A stretch of DNA of 61,215 nucleotides from an uncultured Bacilli bacterium (GTDB taxonomy: Bacteria; Bacillota_I; Bacilli_A; RF39; UBA660). The stretch is from positions 1 to 61,215 of the forward strand of contig CANQPC010000005.1 in NCBI GenBank assembly GCA_947625625.1, read 5' to 3'. Shown here one piece after another: positions 54,356 to 61,215 of the stretch (positions are counted from its first letter, which is position 1; every line of letters starts with the position of its first letter). Position numbers and translations under genes: made by a program. The notes beneath the pieces were generated by a model. The model saw only the letters and a program-made list of their open reading frames with translations, did not search any database and was not told where the DNA came from.

Positions 54356-54458
54356 GACATTTTTACTAATTATTGACCAAATATTCATCTTATTAGTAGG
54401 GACATTTTCACTAATTATTCGTCGCCAAAAATAGAGACATTTTTTCTAATTATTCACA
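54356..54458 (-). mobile_element. Putative solo DDE-transposon/IS end (TGT plus three 19-bp subterminal repeats)
   Basis: GACATTTTnnCTAATTATT at 54356, 54401, 54436, then CACA at 54455-54458. Confidence 0.55.
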
Positions 54459-54487
54459 TATTTTTTACAATTTTTCTAATTTTTTGC

Positions 54488-55100
54488 AAATAACTAATGG
54501 TAAATATTTATATAATAATTAAAGACAACTAGAATTATCAGAATTATAAGTTACTCCAAGAAAATTTACATATACTTCAATCTTGGCTTCACTTACTTTA
54601 ATCCAATTTTTATCTTTCCAATACCAGTTAAAGTCATCTTTATTACTCAAATAAGAATTTTCAAAAATAATCGATTTAACGTTAAATAGTTTATATGGAA
54701 TTCTATTAACAGCATAATTATCTTTAAAAGTATAGACACTTCCATCTAATTTTGAATATATTCTTTCAGTATCATAATCTCTTGCATAAAAGCGAACATG
54801 GCTTTCTTTTAAAGGATAAATATTATTGAATTTGCTTACGATATTAAGTTCATTAGTTAGTTCATCTAAAGTAAGATAGCCGGGCAATAAAATTTCATAA
54901 CCCATATAATTCGAATTACCACCGGCATTATGATGATTACTATATACTATTTTACTTACTACGCCATAATAGCCCATTTCATATGCTCTTCTTTGAAGGC
55001 GAAGAAGACTCTCATCTCCCAAGCCATTACCATAAGTATCGGAGGTCCTTGTCATGTATACTTTAAGGCCATGACTTTCGTAGCGACATTTTTCATACAT
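54488..55100. repeat. 613-bp direct repeat, copy 2
   Basis: Matches 51963-52575. Confidence 0.93.
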
Positions 55101-56207
55101 TGAAACGGTAAGATTCATTTCTTTTTCATAAATATATTCGTTACTAGCTCCGGGATCACTTCCGCCGTGGCCGGGGTCAATTAGAATATCATACTGGTAA
55201 GAAAAGTCAGAAATATCTATTTTTATTTCATCAGTGTCATAGTTAAAAGTCACTAACCTATTACCTACTTTAGCTCTTTTAATTTTATCGATATAAGCAA
55301 GTTTACTTATTAATTTTTCTTTGCCATTAGAGTCAATATAGACAGTATAACTTCCATTTTCAACTTCTGATAAATCAATATTTCCGTTATACTTATTATT
55401 TCCTATATTTGTTAGTTCAAAAAGATAATTAGTATTTCCCTCTAAAGTTAACTGGTAATTACCATTATTATTCTTCTTATACCCTTCGATATAAAAACCT
55501 TTCGAGGTAAAATTATTACTGGTAACAGTATTATCGTAGTCAGTTACGACAAGTTCTTTCTTAACTTCTTTATTTTCATTATTATCGACACGTAACACTT
55601 CTTTAGGCTTATTTACAGTAACTTTTCTCTCGGTACTAGAAGTATTATTGCTACTATCGCTAACTTTATATATTAGCTTATACTCTCCCTCTTTGGAAGT
55701 ATCAACTTTACCTTCGATTATTATTTTATCAGTTAAATCACCATCATAATTGTCAGTAGCGGTTGCTCCTTCCTCTTCATATTCTTCGGTAGTAAGGCAT
55801 GTAATACTACTGCTACCATTTAAGGTAATCGTAGGTTTCGTACTATCGACAACAGTGACAGACCTCGAAGAAGTATACTTTACATTATCGAGAAGAAGAT
55901 AATATTCTATTTGATATTTACCTAAAACATTTAAATTTAATTTACTCGAATCAACTTTTACTTTATCGGTCATATCGATATTGTCGACTAAAACTTTATA
56001 TTTTGGTTCTTGATATTCACTACCAAATTCTATTTTATAATTTTTTTCTTCGTTAAAGACAAATATTACACTATGTTCGTTTCTTTTTTCTTTATATATA
56101 CGAAATGATATTATAGATAATATCGATAGCACTATAATAACGATAATTAAAACAAAAATAATTATTTTCTCTTTTTTGTGACTGCTAAATATTTTCTTAA
56201 TAGACAT
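54519..56207 (-). CDS. N-acetylmuramoyl-L-alanine amidase (Amidase_3) with TM anchor and Ig-like (DUF5011-type) domains
   Basis: IDPGHGGSDPGA, EKEMNL, MTRTSD, SNHHNA, IFENSYL; DSTKPTITLNG...ATDNYDGDLT. Confidence 0.88.
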   Translation of the reverse strand: MSIKKIFSSHKKEKIIIFVLIIVIIVLSILSIISFRIYKEKRNEHSVIFVFNEEKNYKIEFGSEYQEPKYKVLVDNIDMTDKVKVDSSKLNLNVLGKYQIEYYLLLDNVKYTSSRSVTVVDSTKPTITLNGSSSITCLTTEEYEEEGATATDNYDGDLTDKIIIEGKVDTSKEGEYKLIYKVSDSSNNTSSTERKVTVNKPKEVLRVDNNENKEVKKELVVTDYDNTVTSNNFTSKGFYIEGYKKNNNGNYQLTLEGNTNYLFELTNIGNNKYNGNIDLSEVENGSYTVYIDSNGKEKLISKLAYIDKIKRAKVGNRLVTFNYDTDEIKIDISDFSYQYDILIDPGHGGSDPGASNEYIYEKEMNLTVSMYEKCRYESHGLKVYMTRTSDTYGNGLGDESLLRLQRRAYEMGYYGVVSKIVYSNHHNAGGNSNYMGYEILLPGYLTLDELTNELNIVSKFNNIYPLKESHVRFYARDYDTERIYSKLDGSVYTFKDNYAVNRIPYKLFNVKSIIFENSYLSNKDDFNWYWKDKNWIKVSEAKIEVYVNFLGVTYNSDNSSCL

Positions 56208-56274
56208 TCTTCATACTCTCCATTAGTATTATATAATAAATATACTTTTAGGTAAAGAAAAAAAGAAGAATATT

Positions 56275-56679
56275 TTATTTTTTCTTGCTATTCTTCTTTA
56301 ATTCATCTCTTATTTCTTCGAGAAGTAATACTTCTTCTCTCTTCTTTGGCGGCTCTACTTTTTCTTCTTCTTTTGGTCCTTTCTTTCTAGTAAGTTTATT
56401 TATTACTTTTACTAGTAAAAAGACACAAATGGCAATAATAAGGAAATTAATAATACTATTTAGAAAAGATCCGTAACGAATAGAAGCATCCCCGATTCTG
56501 AGAGTGAGACCGCTAAAATCAATTCCTCCCAAAATAACACCCATCATAGGCATCATCATATCACTGACAATGGAATTTACAATACCGCTAAAAGCAGTAC
56601 CAATTACGACACCGACAGCTAAGTCGACGACGTTTCCTCTTTCGATAAACTCTTTAAACTCTTTAAAAATATCCTTCAT
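56275..56679 (-). CDS. mscL: Large-conductance mechanosensitive channel
   Basis: EFKEFIERGNVVDLAVGVVIGTAF, YGSFLNSIINFLII, LLEEIRDEL. Confidence 0.97.
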   Translation of the reverse strand: MKDIFKEFKEFIERGNVVDLAVGVVIGTAFSGIVNSIVSDMMMPMMGVILGGIDFSGLTLRIGDASIRYGSFLNSIINFLIIAICVFLLVKVINKLTRKKGPKEEEKVEPPKKREEVLLLEEIRDELKKNSKKK

Positions 56680-56788
56680 TTTTTAATACTTCCTTTCTGT
56701 CATAATTATACAATAATTTCGATATTTTGTATATATTTTTTTCTTAATTTGAGAAAAGATTTTTCCCTATTAACTACTTTGAAAAAAA

Positions 56789-56829
56789 TTAGCAATTAGA
56801 CTTGACAATTGCTAATTTGCTGCTATAAT
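56789..56829 (+). promoter_or_regulatory. Sigma-A promoter of clpB overlapped by a CIRCE-like operator
   Basis: TTGACA (56802) and TGnTATAAT (56821-56829); TTAGCAATT-N9-AATTGCTAA at 56789-56815. Confidence 0.75.
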
Positions 56830-56856
56830 TATAGTTGTATAAAAGGAGGGAAATAT

Positions 56857-58968
56857 ATGAATATGAATAATCCTTATGAAGAGAATTTACAAAATCCATT
56901 AGAGAAATACGGACGAGATATTACTAAATTTGCTAAAGATGGTAAAATTGATCCTGTTATTGGACGTGATGATGAGATTCGTTCGATTACGCGAATATTA
57001 TCTCGTAAAACTAAAAATAATCCTGTATTAATTGGTGAACCCGGCGTTGGAAAGACCGCGATTGTGGAAGGATTAGCGCAAAGAATTGTCAAAGGGGACG
57101 TTCCTAATAGCTTGAAAGATAAAAAAGTATGGGAACTTGATATGGGCTCTTTAATAGCGGGTGCCAAGTATCGTGGAGAATTTGAAGAAAGACTAAAAGC
57201 AGTTCTAAAGGAAGTTAAAGATTCAGAAGGCGAAATTATTATGTTTATCGATGAGATTCACATGATTGTCGGATCAGGGAATGCAGAAGGAGCAGTCGAT
57301 GCTGGAAATATGCTAAAACCGATGCTAGCTCGCGGAGAAATTCACTGTATTGGTGCTACTACTTTGAATGAATATCGTAAGTATATCGAAAAAGATGCAG
57401 CCTTAGAGCGAAGATTTCAAAAGGTCCTCGTAAAGGAGCCAACCGTTCTAGATACAATAACAATTCTTCGTGGTTTAAAATCAAAATTTGAAGTTTTTCA
57501 TGGTGTAACTATCAAAGATAAAGCTCTAATTAGTGCAGCTACCCTATCTGACCGCTACATAACTGATAGATTTTTACCTGATAAGGCAATCGATTTAATC
57601 GACGAAGCAGCCGCTACAATCAAAGTACAGATGGAATCGGTACCGACAGAATTAGATAATTTGGAAAGAACAATTATGCGACTCGAAGTTGAAAAAGAAG
57701 CTTTGCGTAAAGAAAAAGATGAACTATCAAAGAATCGCATTTTAGAAATTGAAAAAGAATTAGATAATCTTAAAGCTAGAGAAAAAGATCTCAAAGAAAG
57801 ATGGGAAGAAGAAAAAAATATTAATACTCTTATTAGTAAAAAGAAAGAAGAAATAGATAGTGCCACTTTTAAATTAGAAACAGCCGAAAATAACTATGAC
57901 TTAGAGGAAGCCGCTAAGTTAAGACATGGTACTATTCCAAGGCTTGAAAAAGAACTAGCGGAACTTGAAGAAAAAAATAAATCGGAAATTTTATCTGATA
58001 CGGTCGATGAAGAGAGTGTCGCCGCTATCATTTCTAAATGGACGAATATTCCTATAAGTAAACTAATTGGGGGCGAAAGGGAAAAACTTCTTCATCTCGA
58101 AGAAAATATGAAGAAAAGAGTTAAAGGTCAAGATAATGCCCTACATCTAGTTGCCGAAGCTATAATTCGTGCTCGAGCGGGTATTAAAGATCCAAAGCGT
58201 CCAATCGGTTCATTTATTTTTCTGGGTCCTACTGGTGTCGGTAAAACGGAAGTGGCTCGAACTTTAGCGGAGAATCTTTTTGATGATGAAAGACATATGA
58301 TTAGAATTGATATGTCCGAGTATATGGAAAGTCATTCTGTTGCAAGATTAATCGGGGCTCCTCCCGGATATGTGGGTTACGACGAAGGAGGACAGCTAAC
58401 CGAAGCAGTCAGAAGAAATCCATATTCAATTATTCTTTTTGATGAAATTGAAAAAGCTCATCGTGATATTTTTAATGTTCTCTTACAAATATTAGATGAT
58501 GGAAGAATTACCGATGGTCAAGGAAGGACAGTCGATTTTAAAAACACGATTATTATTATGACTTCTAATTTAGGTAGCGAATATATTTTAGATAACAATA
58601 TCAATCGTGATGAACTTATTTCTAACGAACTAAAAAATACTTTTAAACCAGAATTTATTAATCGTATCGATGAAATAATCATCTTTAATTCACTATCAAA
58701 AGAAGTTATCAATGATATATTAACCAATATTATTAGCGAGATTGAATATCGTCTAAGAGATAAAAATATTCATCTTGTTATTACTGACAAGGCTAGAGAT
58801 TATATTATCAGTTCTTCATATGATGAAAAATATGGAGCAAGGCCAATTAAGAGATTCGTACAAAGAAATATTGAAACTTTAATTGCCAGTGCAATCATTA
58901 AAGATGAAATAAAATTTGGAAGCTCGATTACCATCGATTATGAAAACAATTTGCTTAAATTAAAATAA
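56857..58968 (+). CDS. clpB: ClpB chaperone lacking the N-terminal domain
   Basis: Two AAA+ modules ([16 protein letters not shown]), coiled-coil M domain with AAKLRHG; GGAGGG RBS before 56857. Confidence 0.93.
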   Translation: MNMNNPYEENLQNPLEKYGRDITKFAKDGKIDPVIGRDDEIRSITRILSRKTKNNPVLIGEPGVGKTAIVEGLAQRIVKGDVPNSLKDKKVWELDMGSLIAGAKYRGEFEERLKAVLKEVKDSEGEIIMFIDEIHMIVGSGNAEGAVDAGNMLKPMLARGEIHCIGATTLNEYRKYIEKDAALERRFQKVLVKEPTVLDTITILRGLKSKFEVFHGVTIKDKALISAATLSDRYITDRFLPDKAIDLIDEAAATIKVQMESVPTELDNLERTIMRLEVEKEALRKEKDELSKNRILEIEKELDNLKAREKDLKERWEEEKNINTLISKKKEEIDSATFKLETAENNYDLEEAAKLRHGTIPRLEKELAELEEKNKSEILSDTVDEESVAAIISKWTNIPISKLIGGEREKLLHLEENMKKRVKGQDNALHLVAEAIIRARAGIKDPKRPIGSFIFLGPTGVGKTEVARTLAENLFDDERHMIRIDMSEYMESHSVARLIGAPPGYVGYDEGGQLTEAVRRNPYSIILFDEIEKAHRDIFNVLLQILDDGRITDGQGRTVDFKNTIIIMTSNLGSEYILDNNINRDELISNELKNTFKPEFINRIDEIIIFNSLSKEVINDILTNIISEIEYRLRDKNIHLVITDKARDYIISSSYDEKYGARPIKRFVQRNIETLIASAIIKDEIKFGSSITIDYENNLLKLK

Positions 58969-58988
58969 GGAAGAGATTTTTCTCTTTC

Positions 58989-59708
58989 TTATTTTTTGCA
59001 AAGACTATATAATATTTTTACTTCTTTTATTGATAAAGGACGATACTCTCCTACTAAGAGAGATTTTAAATCTAAATTGCCATATTTTTCACGTCTTAAT
59101 TTTATGACTTCATAGCCTAAACTCGAGAACATTTTTTTTATTTGATGATTCTTTCCTTCATGAATAGTAATTTCGACAATCGACGTATTTTTCTTTTTAT
59201 CGAAAGATTTTAATTTTACTTTAGCTCTTTTAGTTGTAATGTCCCCTATTACTACTCCCTTTCTTAATTTTTGAAGATCGGGAATAGTAACTAATCCTTT
59301 AACCTTGACAATATATGTTTTATCAACTAATGAATCAGGTCGCATAAGTAAATTAGCGAGCTTCCCATCATTAGTTAAAATAAGGGCACCGGTGGTATCA
59401 TAATCGAGTCTTCCGACAGGGTATATTCTCGTTTTAGTATCGATAATATCGACAACTGTCTTTCTTCCCTTTTCATCATTTGTCGTCGTCACAACTCCCT
59501 TTGGTTTATTAAGTAAATAGTATTCATAACTTTTGGTATTATCGAGAATATTTCCCTCAACGGTAATAATGTCGCCAGGATTTACGGTAGTGCCAAGCTT
59601 AGTTACTACCTCGCCATTTACTAGTACTTCACCATTTATAATAAGTTCTTCAGCTTTTCTTCTAGAACAGTATCCTAAATTAGCAATTTTTTTTTGCAAT
59701 CTTTCCAT
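58989..59708 (-). CDS. rluB: RsuA/RluB-family pseudouridine synthase
   Basis: S4 domain RLQK.IA..G.CSRRKAEELI, PVGRLDYDTTG, EGKNHQIK. Confidence 0.88.
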   Translation of the reverse strand: MERLQKKIANLGYCSRRKAEELIINGEVLVNGEVVTKLGTTVNPGDIITVEGNILDNTKSYEYYLLNKPKGVVTTTNDEKGRKTVVDIIDTKTRIYPVGRLDYDTTGALILTNDGKLANLLMRPDSLVDKTYIVKVKGLVTIPDLQKLRKGVVIGDITTKRAKVKLKSFDKKKNTSIVEITIHEGKNHQIKKMFSSLGYEVIKLRREKYGNLDLKSLLVGEYRPLSIKEVKILYSLCKK

Positions 59709-59774
59709 CTTTATACTCCTCTTTCACTTCTAATAATTATACAATAATATTAAAGTAAAGTAAAGATTGTTAGA

Positions 59775-60221
59775 TTAAATCCTATCGCACAAGAAATCCA
59801 TCGAAACACCATATTTAAGACATATTTGATATGCAAAAGTAGTAAGTATCAATGTTTTACCATTTTCATAAGCACTTATGGTCGAATGTGAGGTATTAAG
59901 GATTTGGGCTAACTGTGACTGAGTAACTTGATTTTTCTTTCTGATTTCTAATAACTTTTTCCCAATTACTTTTCTATCTAGTACTGGTTTATCTTCTACT
60001 ATCTTAGCTTTTTTAATATTTGAAAAACCGACAATATAGTCCATGCTAACTTTAAAGTAGTTAGCATAAATGTTTAATTTTTCTAAAGGAATTATTTCTT
60101 TTGTATTCTCCCACTGTGAAATAGCCGCACGACTAACACCGATTATTTTTCCCATTTCTCTTTGTGTCAAATCGTTTTCTTCTCTTAAAAAATATAGTCT
60201 TTCTAAGTTCATATTATTCAC
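59775..60221 (-). CDS. Tandem XRE-family HTH transcriptional regulator
   Basis: Two Cro/CI HTHs: LTQREMG..IGVSRAAISQWE and VTQSQLA..LNTSHSTISAYENG. Confidence 0.88.
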   Translation of the reverse strand: MNNMNLERLYFLREENDLTQREMGKIIGVSRAAISQWENTKEIIPLEKLNIYANYFKVSMDYIVGFSNIKKAKIVEDKPVLDRKVIGKKLLEIRKKNQVTQSQLAQILNTSHSTISAYENGKTLILTTFAYQICLKYGVSMDFLCDRI

Positions 60222-60329
60222 CTAGAAATAATCTTCTCATTATTTTTATAAATATTATTTTTTTGTAAGAAAATACGACAATATGTGATATAATTATAAT
60301 AGCTATATCAGGTAGTTGGAGGAAATAGC

Positions 60330-60584
60330 ATGAGCAGTGATTTAATAATTAATATAATATTATGTGTATTAATTTTACTATTAACTTTTGCATATTTAAT
60401 ATATATAATTAATATTGACAATAAAAAGAAAATAAAATATTACCAAAAGGTAATTAATTATGATACAGACTGGGACAAATATGATACAATGGTAAAAAAG
60501 CAGAAAAAGATAATTATCGGTAAGAAAATTAAATTATTATTATTAATAGTTATCGTCAAAATTAAGAGGTTTTTATGGAAATAG
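60330..60584 (+). CDS. Small membrane protein, hypothetical
   Basis: GGAGG RBS, N-terminal TM helix. Confidence 0.5.
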   Translation: MSSDLIINIILCVLILLLTFAYLIYIINIDNKKKIKYYQKVINYDTDWDKYDTMVKKQKKIIIGKKIKLLLLIVIVKIKRFLWK

Positions 60585-60814
60585 AAAATTATATTGAAGT
60601 TATTATGATAATTGTCTTACTAATAGGAACTATTCCTGTTATTATCTTTTTCTTTCGTCTTAAGAATAATAATGATGATAGCTACTATTATAAACTTATC
60701 GATAATCTAAATAAACAAAAAGAAGAAAATTTAGAAAAAATAAAAATTGGAACCAATATAATCGACGATTTAGAAAAGAAAATATCTTATTATAAAAAAG
60801 AATTAAAGCGATAA
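60575..60814 (+). CDS. Small membrane protein, hypothetical
   Basis: GAGG RBS, TM helix plus coiled-coil-like tail. Confidence 0.5.
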   Translation: MEIENYIEVIMIIVLLIGTIPVIIFFFRLKNNNDDSYYYKLIDNLNKQKEENLEKIKIGTNIIDDLEKKISYYKKELKR

Positions 60815-60914
60815 TTCACTCAAATTTTAAAAATTTCTCGTATCATAAATTTACTTTTTTCATAAAATATATTGTATATTTTATTTAATTTTGTTATAAT
60901 AAATATGCAATGAC

Positions 60915-60988
60915 GGACCTATAGCCAAGTGGTAAGGCACGGGACTGCAACTCCCTGATCGTTGGTTCAAATCCGACTAGGTCCTCCA
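60915..60988 (+). tRNA. tRNA-Cys(GCA)
   Basis: GGACCTA/TAGGTCC acceptor stem, GCA anticodon, U73-CCA; TGTTATAAT upstream. Confidence 0.95.
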
Positions 60989-61033
60989 ATATGATAGGAA
61001 ACTCGAACTTTTGGGATTTCGAGAGTAATAAAT

Positions 61034-61058
61034 GCTAACAGAAATGTTAGTTTTTTTG
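61034..61058 (+). terminator. Terminator downstream of tRNA-Cys
   Basis: GCTAACA-GAAA-TGTTAGT followed by a T run. Confidence 0.7.
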
Positions 61059-61215
61059 TTAAATTTAAACTTCAAATGATAATTAACAAAAGTTAGAGAA
61101 TTAAAATTATATAAGCTATTTACTATTAAAATTAATTTTGCTATAACCCGAGTTTGACAGTTAATAAAGCAAAAAATCACCGTTTAGCCTAGTGTTTATA
61201 TGGCTTTATGATGAT

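Noticed and set aside
54356-54484. Possible degenerate CRISPR array
   Set aside because: Short imperfect repeats with uneven 16-26 bp gaps; fits binding-site iteration better
60977-61180. 67-aa minus-strand ORF
   Set aside because: Overlaps the tRNA-Cys 3' end and terminator; low-complexity sequence

Overview
Low-GC chromosomal segment, mostly coded on the minus strand, using the standard genetic code (TGA acts as a stop). Gene content and order (tkt-sirA-yneF, ylbD-ylbE, yceD-rpmF, yqfC-yqfD, cotZ-like, short ClpB under a CIRCE-like operator) point to a reduced-genome, sporulation-gene-bearing member of the Bacilli. RF39-like gut Bacilli is my inference, not a proven assignment. The backbone carries pbp, nfo, rsmD, smpB, rnr, secG, proS, rpoZ, ileS (with T-box), rodA/ftsW, trmD, rimM, tkt, rpmF, ftsK, pyrG, tgt, frr, mscL, clpB, rluB, tRNA-Ser and two different tRNA-Cys genes, interrupted by many one- to four-gene insertions. 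Most notable: (1) a cysS + tRNA-Cys cassette bracketed by a 613-bp direct duplication of an amidase 3' end; (2) two solo TGT-terminated ends, each with three 19-bp repeats, bordering the two accessory aminoacyl-tRNA synthetase cassettes (second proS; cysS); (3) a recurring basic/aliphatic C-terminal tail on unrelated accessory proteins together with a pilin-like/CHAP fusion, hinting at an export system; (4) two atypical T-box-derived RNA switches; (5) a hybrid kinase lacking its phosphoacceptor His; (6) a 28-aa tandem-repeat protein. No CRISPR array, rRNA, integrase or transposase was seen. All calls come from reading motifs by eye; no searches were run. Some CDS starts were moved to the RBS-supported codon.
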